64,000 bases of DNA, taken from assembly GCA_951406725.2 (NCBI GenBank), contig OX597826.1:6200001-6264000 (forward strand). Direction: 5' to 3'. Under the pieces are notes generated by a model. That model had not been told where the DNA came from. It saw only the letters and a program-made list of their open reading frames with translations, and searched no databases. Shown one piece after another: positions 1-14,154 of this stretch. The stretch's first letter is position 1, and each line of letters opens with the position of its first letter. The stretch comes from Octopus vulgaris (taxonomy: Eukaryota). Both the position numbers and the translations under genes were made by a program.

Positions 1-1339
1 AATGCTTTCTTATTTAGTATTGATTTGAATGTAGATATCTTGCTTCTACGTATTGTATCTTAGCAGGTTTGGGTGGCAACATTTTTCCATAAATCACATG
101 TGATGATTTAACAGCCTCCTTCATATTATACCTTTGTTTATTGAAAATGTTCTTACCTGCCTTTTTTGTGTTTTTTTTTTAAGAAAAAAAGATTACTGCT
201 TTAGAGAATGACAATAATACTTAATGATACCTGAAATATACTTTCTCATGTGTATCTCAGTACAAACACTCCTAAAATTACTACTGCAAAATTTTGAGAA
301 ATGAGTTGTGAACAATATAGTATTAGCTTTGTAACGTAATCTTGAAATGGAAATTTAGTAGTTTCCGAGCTTATACCACATGCACATCCAAGTCTTCCAT
401 AAAAATAAAAGAACATGAAATATACGTACGCGACGACATAATGCTTCCAACTCACATCCATGTATTATGTCTTCAGTAACTGAATTACCCACGCACAAAC
501 GTTGTTGTATATCCTTTTGTATAAAACTGAAATGGTTTCACTGCTTTTGTACCTTTATAGTTTGGTAGGCATACTGTCCTCTCCGTTTCAATACAGTACC
601 AGATAATTGGCAAGGAGATATTATGATCTCATACATTCCTTAAAATTCTCTATATATTTCTTTAAAGGAAGAACCGAAATTCTTGTATAATTCAGCTTTC
701 TCCTGTCTGATATCCGTAAAACCCTATTCAATTTCGATTTTATGTTAATTATTATTATTATTAGCGGTAAAATCACACATTCTCTTCATTTCCAATCACC
801 CAAATTTTTTGTGTACATAGTACTAAGTACGAAAAGGCAGAATTCGCGGGGAAATTTCCTTGGTGTATACAGTGTAGAAATGAATATAACATCGACAGCA
901 AACATGGAGGTGCCCGACGTGAAGTTGAAGTCTCAAAGTGGAAGTTTCGTTTATCCCCAGAACCATGATTACAGCATCTACTTAAACTGAAATGTGAGAA
1001 GAACTAATTGCCCAAATATAGATGCCCTCCTTCTCATAATATCCTTTTTCTCTGCGAATATCCTTCAAAACAATCAGTCATTCTAGCATAAACTCACTTT
1101 TCTACACTTCATTGAATGCATCTGTTTCTTCAACCAATCTTGGAAATACTCCAACATATAACAAATCTTCGCTCCCATTTTCGAATCACACGTTTCACCC
1201 TCCATCGTTCTTGATGATGTTAGTATTTACAGCTGCTCATACGATTTCCTTTCTAATACTCTTACTGCAGAAACCGAATCGTATGCAGTCCCGAACTCTC
1301 TACATATACTAATTTTATCCCTATCACGATAACTACTTA

Positions 1340-2125
1340 CTATCTCAAGGACTCAATGGTACACCATGTAAACTTACTAGCCCTATCTCGACCTGTCGTA
1401 TGATATGAATTCCTAGCAATATATTATCTTGTTTCTTGCCCAATCAGAATTAGCTATGATCAATATAACACAATATATTGCATATGCCCCAGGATGTTTA
1501 TATCCGAAGCAAAACATTGTACGTTACCCAAGTAATACGTCCTTCCATTGCAAAATGCATGGCTCTTACGCCGCACACGTCAGCAAGAGGTCTAGTCCAT
1601 ATCATATTTCTCTCACCATGTAATTCTATGCATTTTGCAATATCAAAGACTACATCAATGGAAGGATGTATTGATACCACATCCATTCCACTTACGACGT
1701 AGTCATTGAGGTTGCATGTGTTGTTGCATTCGCGGATCCTGCAAAGGAGGCCTTCAGAACTATCACATGCATCTGATGGTGACTCTATTAAGGAGTGTAG
1801 GTATTGTGAGAGGAAGTATGATATCTTGTGGTTGTTAGCATCGTTGGCACCACAAGGGGGACGGGTAAGTGGCCCAAGTACATGATCGTACATGAAATAT
1901 ATATGATGAACTAACTACTTATTCTCTCAGATGCAGCACGGAATTGTGTCTGTGAACAGGTCGCGGTTTCCAAGCGACCAAAATATTTTGACAGAATTCA
2001 AAATTAAATGTTGAAGTGAAACTAATTTGTTTCTGTGCGTTCTTAAATGTCTTACAAATATCTTCCATGCTGAAGGGAAATCCCTTCACTAAACAAGGTT
2101 TTCGAAACTTGTCTTTGTACATATA
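1340..2125 (-). mobile_element. Penelope-like element (PLE) reverse transcriptase fragment, decayed
   Basis: ORF 1498..1893 reads GPLTRPPCGA...ISYFLSQYL...SSEGLL...VVSGMDVVSIHPSID, matching PLE RT motifs RP(I/V)...LSxFL and SLDVxSLYPSI. It is broken by stops and frameshifts on both sides. Confidence 0.7.
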
Positions 2126-2402
2126 TATTCCCTTCTAATTACCGAAAGCTGAACAGTTATCTTCCTTATCCCTAACAATAACAATAATAACGATAACCAA
2201 TTACCTCCCTATATTTATCTACTTGTGAAGTCATTCACTCGTGAATTTCATCACACACAACATGGACAAAATGTTTTCTTTAGAAAAAATACATGTTCAA
2301 ATAAGTAAGACATAATATCATGAATAGCGATAGCGAACCCGGTCGAGATATTAAAAGTTATATTGAAACTATGTAAGTGTGCGTATTTTCCTTCTTTTAA
2401 TT

Positions 2403-2445
<43 letters not shown>

Positions 2446-3792
2446 TTCGAACGAGTACGTTCTGATATATCTGAAGAAAAGACTGCACGGCAGGGAAAAT
2501 ACGTTTTTGTTTAGTACTCTTCTGAATCTTTGTCCAATCATCAATAAGTGAGTGGCTGCGTATGCCTGTGAGTATGTTTGCGAGTGTGTATATGTTGTCG
2601 TGTGTGCACATGTCTACACCATTTCCGATTTGTAATTATTTTGTGATTCAATTTTGGGAAATATGAATCCAACGGCGCTATTGTTCACCAATTGATATCA
2701 AATGAAATTCATAAATAAAATATACGGCATTGCTTTTATATACGTGTCGCTCATGTACTGTATAACCCGTTTCAATTATATAAGCAGACAGAAATCTATT
2801 GTTTCCAGTAGCAGTAAAAGAAAAAAAAACACGATATTGTGGAAATTAATGTTAATGAGGTTACAAATAAGTTGCAGCATATAATTTAGTTATTAATAAT
2901 GTTTGGTAATTAATGTTTTCTTCATTACTTTAAATTGAGAAGAATGATGTCTAATTTCTGTTATTTATAAATTTCAATAAGATAACTACAATAATATTGA
3001 AGTGTTCAGTTTTAATAACCGTATATTCTAAAACGCAAGACAGAGGTCTAAGGTAGTCAGGCTTATTCAAGATTATGTGGGACGTGAATGTGGGAATAAT
3101 TTTACAATGGTTTTCTTTTGAAAGCTGAGTTCAAATCTACCTAATTTTACTCGAGCATCCACAGTTTGATAAAATAGGTATCAACTAATAACCGGGATTC
3201 TATTGATGCGAATATGTAATTTCGTAATGTCTTTTTATGACAGTCCTGGAAACATATGTGAAAAACTATATTTAATATGCATGTCACGAATTATTAACAA
3301 TACAGGAGGTCAACCGAATGTTGATTTTCCTAGGGCATTCATTGCAAAAAAAAAAAAAAAAAAAAAACGCTGGCCTAATCAACATAAATCATTGTTTAAA
3401 TTTTAATTATTACTCTAGACAAAAGTACCTCATTCGCTAGTCTGCCACGTTCTCAGTAAGAACTTATTTTTATGAGATGGAAAAATATAGTAGCTCACGT
3501 TTCAAATATACTGTGTATTCTTTTTCTGCAGCTCAAGGAGTCATGAGGGGCCGAAATAAGAACATTCCCATGAATATGGTCACCGATCCAATGCAGGAAC
3601 CATGGCCAGCAACTCTGATGGGAAAGGAACAGGTCGATTATATCCACCCTAGTACATGACACCGAGGAGTTGAAAATCAAAGTTTGCCTAGGCTAGATTT
3701 GAACTCAGAACTTGCCTAGGCTAGATTTGACCTGGAATAAATGCTGCTAAGTATGTTTTCCAAAGTTCTAACGATTTCGCTAGCTCACTACC

Positions 3793-4024
3793 TATTTCTT
3801 TACTACCCACAACGGGCTACACACAGAGAGGACAAACAAGGACAGACAAACGAATTAAATCGATTACATCGACCCCAGTGCGTAACTGGCACTTAATTTA
3901 TCGACCCCGAAAGGATTAAAGGCAAAGTCGACCTCGGCGGAATTTGAACACAGAACGTAGCGGCAGACGAAGTACCACAAAACATTTCGCCCGGCGTGCT
4001 AACGTTTCAGCCAGCTCGCCGCCG
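3793..4024 (-). mobile_element. SINE family B, full length, with 17-bp target site duplication
   Basis: Homologous to 32205-32418 (+) and 19578-19778 (-). TTCGCTAGCTCACTACC is duplicated at 3776-3792 and 4025-4041. Confidence 0.85.
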
Positions 4025-4329
4025 TTCGCTAGCTCACTACCATGCACTGTTTCTGAGGCGGCAGTACATTTTCATGGAATATACCAGTATTATATTTCTA
4101 AATAAGTACGTAATATACGGCATATGATTTAGATGTATACTGAGTGTACAATGTATTGGGCTTTCAATGCGCAGTTAATGATTTCAAAACATTGGCGGCT
4201 ATAAGGAGATTACGGTAATCTTAAATATATCATTACTATAGTTATAAAAAGTCATAACAATTCTTATTCCAGGGGACGGCTCTAACAATAATTTGAATGC
4301 GCCCAAATGCATATTGCACATTGCTTGTC

Positions 4330-4962
4330 CACGGATGTCTAGGCTGCAGAATGCAGTCGGGACGCGACAACATTTTGCAATCTCACAAAGCAATAAAATT
4401 CTGTGTTAAACTGGGCAAAAACTCCACAAAATCTTATGAAATGCACGAGATTTGTTTATGGATTTACTTTTCCGAGCCGAGCATGTTTTACTCTTGCACA
4501 AGAGACCAGAAAATGCAAGTCCACTGGGGAACTCACGATGGTTCCTTTTTTAGACAGTCAGAGCATCATTTACATCGCCGGACTCCCTGCGGCCAGATGG
4601 TCAACAAAGATTACTTTGTGGAAATTCTGAGAGAGTTCTGTAAGAGATTTCGTCGTAAAAGTTCAGAGCGAATGCGTCAGGAGAATGCGTCCATCACCCT
4701 CTCTCCAATCAAGACCCTGCTCCCTGTAACCTTTGGCGTGTTCCCACGATGAAGGAAGATTAAAAGGAATTTTACAAGGATCATGACCACCTTCATCTTT
4801 GGAGACCTTCCTTGAAACCTTCACGAAATGGCTGGAACATAAAACAAGTGCATCAAAAGGCAATGATACTACTTTGAAGAAGACTCGAGTTTTGTATTTC
4901 TTTTAAAGAGGAAAATGTCTCTCCTAAAAAAGAAGTCTCAACACTTTGTATAAAATCCTCAG
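4330..4962 (+). mobile_element. Internally deleted, decayed mariner transposon
   Basis: N-terminal AIKFCVKLGKNSTKSYEM, then GQMVNKDYFVEILR..RFRRK, then HPLSNQDPAPCNLW (degenerate HPPYSPDLAPCDFW), then a C-terminal KCI...YFEED-like stretch. Confidence 0.8.
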
Positions 4963-6105
4963 AATGCTTTATTGAACAACACGTTCATTTAGTTCTCAGG
5001 GTTAAAAATATTAAGATACAGATTTTTCTTTTTGTTTTACTTAAGATAAACAGGGTTCTACTCTCAAAGAATGTATATTGATTGTATATGTCCTTACGAA
5101 GTAAAACAGAATGTAAATTTGTAATTAAAATTCCATTCGTCCACAGGGGAACGTAATATTTCCATAATAAATGAAACCTGATTATTTCATAGTATATCAT
5201 TCTCGTCCTTGAATAGTTACACATAGATAAAACAGAATGAAGTCGCGCTATTAATGTGAGACGTATCATGAATTGATTTAAATAATATCAGCTAATTTCC
5301 TTAAACCAAATACTCAAACGTGTATGTAACCCTAAGCAATATGCATTTATTCTTAAGTCTTTTCTTTTCATCGCATAATAAGTTCGAGGTAAATAAACAT
5401 TGCCCAATAGCACCTATCCGTCTTATTATCTACATTCTACTTCTTATCTTTCTTGAATTACAATCACACAGATAATTTACAGAACAAAAGAGAATCGCAC
5501 CAAATTACCTCTGTATTCCAAATTCGTTAATTATGCAAACTTATTATTAACTGTCTTCCTACGAGCAATCAGACACATGGTTTTGTTTTTGTACATCAAT
5601 CGTGTACAGTGGTTATTTCCGTACAAAATCGACAATTCGTACAGGATACATATTTTTATCTGTTTTTGTACCTTCTATTGTTTTATTTTATTTTCTACAA
5701 GTTGTGTCAGTCTTCAGAATAGAGCAATTCTGACGCATCAACTTCAAATCTTTTAGTCGAACAAATCGCCACTGGTACCTGTTTTTTTTTAAGACTGTTG
5801 TTCCCATTTGGCGGCATTTTAAAGGTAGATGTCTATTTTCTATGTAACTGAAACGCTATTTTTTTTAAACCTTTCATCATTTTGGGTTAATCGATACCTC
5901 CAGACTGAGCAGTTTAAATTTTGTTGAGCGCCCCTGCTACAATGTATTTATGGCAGGGTAATTCTCAATACCACGAGGAAATATTCATCCACTTACTTGC
6001 TTATATAATGACTGTGTCTGTGTGTATGAGTAAATGTGTGTACGCACGTGCATCTGTAGTTGAATGTATGCAAGTATACACAAACATGGAGAGATCGGTG
6101 TGTCT

Positions 6106-6143
<38 letters not shown>

Positions 6144-6606
6144 ATTTATTTATCCCTACACAGATGTACTTATACAACTATTGTCAATGTGTATATAACA
6201 ACAGAGATAATATTCATTTAGGCTTTTAATTATTTGATTCAGAGGAACTTCGCGATACTGGAGCGCGGAGCTCTGATGTTTAACATATCAAATCACTCAC
6301 TGTAATTATTTTCAGTCTAATATTTGTTTTATGGACTGTTTAAAGAATCTTTACTGCACATAGATCGATCCAATGTGGATAGTTTGGTAATATGAAAGAT
6401 ATGGATGTATATATGATGCACTTTAGATAATCTCCATCAACCAATTTCAGTGAAATACAGGAGAGGTCGGCCACAAGATCAAAAAAAAAAATGTGCTCGG
6501 AGATTGTAAGAGGAATGGAGCCTAAATTTAATACTTTGGTTGTGAAGCGAAACTATTAGCGTAGCAATGTCAATGTCTCTCTATTTCTCTCATACCCATT
6601 CTCTTT

Positions 6607-6658
<52 letters not shown>

Positions 6659-6736
6659 ATTATTTGAGGGAATATGTTTCACTAACTTACAGGGAAAAAT
6701 TCAATTTAGAAATACTAAATCAAATTTCACAAAATA

Positions 6737-6771
<35 letters not shown>

Positions 6772-7078
6772 AATTAGAAAAAAGAAAAGAACTTTTATCA
6801 ATTCAAAATGAGCAATTAAATTACACCATCTAGAAAATAACATATGATAGAAATATTAAAAATAAAATAACAATAATATACCGATGATTAAGTAAATTGC
6901 AAAATAATAATAAAAACGTTATTCTACCAAATATATACGTTTTTATTATTATTTTGCAATTTACTTAATCATCGGTATATTATTGTTATTTTATTTTTGA
7001 TATTTCTATTATATGAAATTTTAAAGTGGTGTAATTTAATTGTTCATTTTGAATTGATAAAAGGTGTTTTTTTACTAA

Positions 7079-7080
<2 letters not shown>
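6772..7080. repeat. Long imperfect palindrome between (TA)n tracts
   Basis: Arms 6772-6919 and 6937-7080 are reverse complements around a 17-nt loop. The inner ~60 bp match perfectly. Confidence 0.9.
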
Positions 7081-7135
<55 letters not shown>

Positions 7136-7176
7136 GTATGTATGTGTATATGTATGCATGTATATATGTATGTATG

Positions 7177-7388
7177 CTAGGGTGTGGCTGGGAAGCTCCT
7201 GGTTTTGGGTATAAGAAAATACAGGAAAACATGTTAATTATGAATTTATGAACGTATTCCCCTCTCAGATTCGCACACTTGTTTCTGGAGCCCTTCAGTT
7301 TTTCTAATCCCTGTAAAACATCTCGGAAGTTTGGGCCATGACTTTCACGATGCCCTTGAAATCAAGAAATTTTCAGCACACCCCCTAT
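7177..7388. mobile_element. Mariner-derived MITE, degenerate
   Basis: Degenerate terminal inverted repeats (GGGTGTGGCTGGGAAGCTCCTGG / CAAGAAATTTTCAGCACACCCC). The minus strand carries KCANLRGEY, like a mariner C-terminus. Confidence 0.6.
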
Positions 7389-8399
7389 GCGGTGTCTGTG
7401 CATCTTTGTGTGTATCTTTACATACTTATATTATCACATATATGTATAGAAAGAATACATGCAAACTCACACACAGACACACATATGTACCGAACGAGAA
7501 CACATGAAAGGGAGAAAGAGAGAGAGAGAGAAAGAGAGATAGAGAGAGATGAATATGTTGTGTGCATTACATTCATATCTTAAAGCGAGGACCATATTAC
7601 TAAAAGTATAACACAAATATGAAGCAGAAATAAAGTTGAAATGATTGCGAGGAAATATTTCTCATGCTTCTCACCACTATCTTGTGATCGAGTAATTAAA
7701 AAAGAATAAATATTATAAAACTGGACAATAAAATATCATGGAGTATTAAACGCCACGAGAACGAATAATCCCCAGAACCTATATTTTTTGAGCCTGTTAC
7801 TTATTGTATAGGTATTTTTTTTTTTGCTTTTGTATTGCTAGGTTTCGGAGACAGAAATATGACGCCTACTTGTAGAAAGATAACCTTGCAGATTTTCTTT
7901 GGACTTCTTTCATGATTTATATGAGGGAAACTGTGAATTTGAACTGAGAACCCTTTGAAACATACTATATATCACGACCTACCCACGCTTTTATAGAAAA
8001 AAAACATACTGTGTATTTGAAAAGGAAATTCGTTTACATAACTGTTAATAAAGAAAAGAAATGCTAAGGGAACTAACTCAATGTGAATGGCGTGAAAATG
8101 AATCATTATTGAAAGTTCTCTTTGTTGCATACATCGAATACTCTAAATAATGCTGAATACCGTAATGATCCCCTGAAAATTAAACACAAAAAACCAATTC
8201 CAATGACCATCGTTGGAACGCCTCGGATGATAGCTGTTCGAAGCGTAGGTTATAATTATGCTACAAATGTGTTGATGTTTCAGTTGTGTTTAATGTAAGA
8301 ATGTTCTGTCATGAAATCGTTTACCATTTTCGCTAAAGCTCTTCCCATGAAGTGATGTGTGGTTTGTTAGTAAACACTTTCTTTTTCCTCTTTAACCTC

Positions 8400-8627
8400 T
8401 TTAACTAGTTTCAGTAATTGGACTGAAGCCATGCTGGGGCAAAACCTAGAACCAATCAACTCCAATACTTATATTATTTTTGAGCCTGTTACTTATTGTA
8501 TCGGTTTTTTTCTTTCTGTATTGCTAGGGTCCGGAGACATAATCAAACCACCAACAGTTGTCAAGCGTCAGAGAGAGAGAAATGCACACACACAAACACA
8601 CACACACACACACATACACACACACAA

Positions 8628-8659
<32 letters not shown>

Positions 8660-8880
8660 ACACATACACACACACGCACAATCACATACACACACACATA
8701 CACACACATACACACACACACGCACACACAGAGTTGCACACAATACACACACTCATACACACACGCACGCACAAACATTCACAGACACGCACACATATGA
8801 TTATATAACTACACGACGGGCAACTTTCAATGCCCGTGTACTAATCCACTCGCAAATCTTTGGTCTGTCCGGGTCTCTCT
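8400..8880 (-). mobile_element. Degenerate SINE family A with an expanded internal (CA)-rich tract
   Basis: Tail remnant TTTCAG..GCCATGCTGG at ~8410-8440 and head-side remnant ACGACGGG..AATCCACTC at ~8813-8851 flank a CA tract at 8585-8795. Confidence 0.55.
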
Positions 8881-10258
8881 AAATTTATTTGTATCGCCCA
8901 TTATCGGGCCATGATATTTTCGTTTCAATTCTAATAATTTTTTGATTACATAAACCTTCACACTTGTGTCAAGATGCGACGGTATGCATGCCCCGAGCAA
9001 GAAAGCACGAAGACATTTTTTTCCCTCGCATCGCTGACTTCATATCTAGTGATACACATCACGTGTTATTAAACTGTCGCCTGCAGTTTCCAAACACGTG
9101 AGGCTAAAAAAATTTATCACTTATCCAGGTGACACAAGATTAGCGAGGCTAAACATACCTTTGAATTTCAGTTTTGAAATATGTAATACTTTATTCAATT
9201 GATTATATCTTTCCTTGCAAATGTAAGTTAAAAAGTAAAGGATATTGTTGAAAACCAAACGAGATTATTATTGACAAGATGTAGTTATCGCTTACATTAC
9301 ATACAAGATCCAGTTGAATTACAATCACGCAATGCAAGTAAAATTACATTTGGAATTTATATTTTATATTTTCTCTTCGTATCGAGATATTTCTGTAGAC
9401 ACGAGTAATTTTTTTTAAACTAATCACATGTATATGTGTGTACTTCTGTGTGTATGCGTCTGTGCGTATGTGTTTGTGTAAGTCTATGTACGTTTGTGTG
9501 TGCGTACGAGTGTCTGTGTCCGCGTGTGTCTCTGTGTGTCTGTGTACATGTGTGTGTATGTGTGTATGTCTGTGTGTAGATGTGTGTGACTGAGTTTGTC
9601 TCAGAGTATTCCTATGTTTGTCCAATCAGTGAATTTCCTACACAATCTGAATGTGAAGTAAGTTTATCTGGATTCTGCCGTTCTCTATATTTTCAATAAT
9701 TGAATCAAAGACAACATGTGATCTCTGAAATATAGAAAAAAATATTTTGCTACCCACCGCACAGAAAACACACAATGACAGACACACAAACGCATGCATA
9801 CAATATATGCTTATGTACACTCAAACACATTTATATCTATACACACACACTCAGGCATGTATACATACACTTATACATATATTCATGTATATGTACGTGT
9901 AGATATACATTTATGTGTGTGTTTGTGTATGTGTGATCTATATGTGTGTTTGTATATATGCATGTATATAATGCCCTTTAATGGATAAATAAGTATGGGT
10001 GCATACATATACAGTACACACTCACACACACAGACACCGATACAGACACCCACATATATACGTACACACACACGCACACACACATACTCACACACACACA
10101 CACACATATATACATATATATATATACATATGTGAATATATTTCTTTATATGTATATGTATAATGCACACTCATAGACATATATCTTGATATGTAAATAT
10201 GTATATACGTTTATTTGAATAATAGACATACTAGAGAGAACGTGAGAGAAAGAGAACG

Positions 10259-10302
<44 letters not shown>

Positions 10303-10700
10303 ATAGAAGAGGAAAAAGCAAAGTGTATATAAATAAGACGTGTTGTACGTGTATTGGTTTAAATTACGATTTAGATTGTAAAACATTGAATGTATTATGA
10401 AGAGAATCGGTAGAATATGGTAACGCACCTATAACAGATCTCTTTGAAATTTTGCCATAAATTACGATATAAAAACCTAAAACACACATCATATCATTTT
10501 ACATCTAATATGTGGAAGCGTAGTACACGAGTAATTGCTTTAGATTATTGAAAGAAAAATCAATAGAAAATTATAAAAATCATTTAATAAGTAGATTCGC
10601 AACCTTTCCTTCTTTCTTCCATAATTTCATTTTCAAACTTACAAACATATACCTTGACATGAATACGTACTAATCGACAATCGTCGAGATGCACGTGCGC

Positions 10701-10832
10701 ACATAGACTCATACACATACGCTCACGCTTGCACACGTGCACAGACACACATCTGCACACAGACATAGACTCATACACATACGCTCACGCTTGCACACGT
10801 GCACAGACACACATCTGCACACAGACATAGAC
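10701..10832. repeat. 62-bp tandem duplication
   Basis: ACATAGACTCATACACATACGCTCACGCTTGCACACGTGCACAGACACACATCTGCACACAG occurs twice, plus a partial third copy. Confidence 0.9.
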
Positions 10833-10962
10833 ACACAGGCACAGAGATACACAGACATAGACACACAGACACAGACACACACAGAAACACGCACACACAT
10901 ATATATATATTTACACAGAGAAAGGAAGATAGAGAAAACGACAATATATGTATGTATGTATG

Positions 10963-11026
<64 letters not shown>

Positions 11027-11087
11027 CATACATACGTACTTATATATATATATATATATATATTTACACACACACATTCACACACAC

Positions 11088-11131
<44 letters not shown>

Positions 11132-13551
11132 CTAAAATTTTAATGAAATTGTTCGAAGTTCTTTGTGGGATTGTCTACAACCATGTACGTATTTATATAT
11201 GTATCTTATTGTGTGGTATTTAATACGAATAAACAAATGTACTTATAGCCATTTTATCTTATTAACTCATGTAATTTACTACAAGATTCAGTTCGCGAGA
11301 GAATGCTATTCACAAATCTAGGAAGCACCATCTTTTGTGAAAGCTAGAAGACCATCGAGATGGCAGATTTCTTCTTTATCATGTTGATGTTTAATTGCAG
11401 AAGAATTTAGTCATTGAAGTTAGAACTTTAGATGTAACGTACAGCTGGTGTGTGTGTGGTATTAGTTCAAATATTTGCACCCAAAGTTCAAATCGCATGA
11501 AGTTTCTCTTTCTTTTTTCAAGGTCGACAAAAGCCAAAAAAAAATGTTTCAGGGTGGTTCGTTGGTCGAATTCATTTCGTCATCGGTCGTGATGTTTTAC
11601 AGCATCAGTTCCATCGAGGGATTCAAATATTGATCGGCGGTGGGATTTAATCTCCTTTCCGTATACAATAAAAAAAAAAACAACTGCAATAAGTAGAAGA
11701 AGATTGTAACCGATATTTGCTGCATTTAAACAATTACACTGCGTAAAACAATATTAGGCGAGAAAACAGATCCTTGTCTGATTCTGGTTAAATGGATTAT
11801 TTTCAGAGACCAAATACATGAAGTGTTATTTCTGATATCTTCAAAGAATTGGCAAGCTGGCAGTTAGTTCAATGGTAATGGATTAATAAAGCAAATGTTG
11901 CTTATTTTAAGTATAATTAGATGTCTACCAAAGCAGCTGAAATTTCTGCCGAATAAAAATCGATCAGCTTCCTGAAATGGTTTTTGTTACTCTATTTATT
12001 TATTGGCGCGTTTTCTGCGATGGTGGGTAAGACATGTACCCTGAGATATAATGCAGTTTACGATAGCTAGATAAGCAATTCTCAAGATAAATAGTTCATA
12101 GCGTTTGCTTGTAGGTGGATAAAACACGTGGTTGAGTTAGAGGATACTGTCGATGTAAAATGTTTTTTACTAGAGAGGCTACCGAATCGGTTCGTGTCTT
12201 ACTTGTATTATTCTTGTACCAGCCTGTGTAGAACTTCATAGAATTCGCCCCCAGATGCGATATTCCCCGTTGTCATTCAGTTGTTGTGGTTGTGCTTGCT
12301 TCATGCTCGTGCTTGATAGGACTGGAATCGTCCCAGGTTAGTGGTCCCAGTGACGTCATCATGCGTAGAGCCGACCAGGTCCAACAGTGCTTTCCATCAG
12401 TGGCAGTTCCATGGCAAACCATCAGCGTCGGGGGTGGGGATGAGATTATGGCGGTAATATATATTTGTTTAATATTAGTCATTGCTTTTACATCATTGGA
12501 TTTTAGTTTCTGTCCTGGCTTTTTAAATTTATCGCTGTGCGCAATTAACAAACGAGTGTCCTTAGTTGTTTTCACGTATTGGATACATCACTTTATGTTC
12601 GGTACGAAAACTGATCTAAACCTCCATATGTGTTTTGGAATCGGCGAGTACCTTAATTGGAATCTGATTCTGTTTATTTGATAATGGTTTCAAATTTTGG
12701 CACAAGGCCAGTAAAGTCGCCGCTAAGCATCTCGTCTGGCGTGCTAACGATTCTTCCAGCTCGCTGTCTTCGTTTATTTGATATTAGCAACGTATATGTT
12801 ATTGATAGATTCATTCTCCATATTACATCTGTTTTAATTCGCAAATTTCTAATTTAGCGTCTTTACTCGTTTGTGTTTTGCCCAGGTAATGTAGAGTGGA
12901 TTTTTGGGATCAGTTATGCACTTTATTCACGATATGTGTGCATTTACATTTGCTGTTTCAAGTTATTGTACAATTATAAATATATGATGAGAGAAAATGG
13001 TGGCGCTGGTTTTTTTTCCTTCGTTACATTTCGTTGACGTATATTTTTAGTAAATATAAATAGTTTCAGATATTATATTATATAACGTTCGAGTGTAGTT
13101 TACTTATTTAGACACTAAGAGGACCTGTGACGATACTTCGATGTTTGACCAGTGGCCATTCTGACATATTTTATCCAGAACTGAGAAATGTGATACAACC
13201 AAAAATAATTTTTCAGACACTTTTGTGGCAATTGACGGCGAGTCTTTTGTTACTCCATGAAAATCATCCAGCTATACAAAGTCTGCCATAATGACTTGTA
13301 TATATACCCATATTTGAGGCTTCAGGTTAGCAGGCTTCTTATGACGTGGAAAAATGTGCCCTGCATTTTTACCCTGGCTGCTTACATCCTGGTTTTAAAT
13401 ATGGCCGACATCGACTCTGCCTTTCAAACCTCCTGATTCGATAAAGTGAAGGAACTGGCGAGTACTGGGGTCGATGTAATTGTCTAATTCTCACGTCTAA
13501 AAATTTCTGACTTTGCACCAAAAACATGGGACGACTTATATCTGTATAAAT

Positions 13552-14154
13552 CAGTGATTCTCGACCAGATCCATATGACAGTTCAGGATCCATGTAAAGT
13601 TTACTGCTAAAATTTATGCAAAATAAATTGCTATGTGGAAAGAAGCCTGCTTTTCAACCACATGATTCGGGGTTCAGTCCGATTGCATGGCATCTTGGAC
13701 AAATGTCTTCTGCTATAGCTTCGGAGAGACCAAAGCTTTGTCAGTAGATTTGGTAGACGAAAACTGCTATATATATATATATATATATATATAGCTGTTT
13801 GTCTGCGCCTGTCTTTCCCACCATCGCATGACAATTGATGTTGGTGTGTTTACGTCCCCATAACTTAGCGGTTCAGCAAAAAAGCATGATATAATAAGTA
13901 CTAGGCTTACAAAGAATAAGTTGTGGCGCCGATTTGTTTGACTAAAGGCGGTGCTCCAGCATGGCCTCAGTCAAATAACTGAAACAAGTAAAAGAATAAC
14001 AAATATATATACATCTAAAATATCCAAAATATTTTAACATTCTTAGGCACAATTCCTAATGATATTTAATTACAGAAATATTACAAGTGTGTTTAAACAT
14101 TGAAATAGCTACGAGGATCCACCTAAGTGTAAAAAGTTGGTTGAGAACTACTTG
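13552..14154. mobile_element. hAT (Charlie-like) MITE interrupted by a SINE
   Basis: Ends CAGTGATTCTCGACC and GGTTGAGAACTACT resemble CAGTGGTTCTCAACC-type TIRs. A GTATA-containing sequence on both flanks is a possible degenerate TSD. Confidence 0.6.
13630..13999 (+). mobile_element. SINE family A, diverged
   Basis: Colinear with 52468-52916: GGTTCAGTCC B-box-like motif, internal (TA)n and tail GGCGGTGCTCCAGCATGGCC..CTGAAACAAGTAAAAGA. Confidence 0.85.

Noticed and set aside
2469-2520. Hammerhead candidate CTGAAGA..CTGC/GCAG..GAAA
   Set aside because: Stem II is offset from the core and there is no stem I, so it is probably chance.
7770-8545. Repeated GAGCCTGTTACTTATTGTAT block as a regulatory motif
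   Set aside because: Both copies are degenerate SINE A tail fragments.
10701-10832. CRISPR-like array
   Set aside because: It is a direct tandem duplication without spacers, in a eukaryotic context with no cas genes.
12170-12230. Hammerhead-like GAACCGATTCGGTA with AGGC/GCCT on the minus strand
   Set aside because: There is no CUGANGA box and one core A is missing.
12273-12681. 100-131 aa ORFs in a GC-richer patch
   Set aside because: No recognisable domain or supported splice structure.
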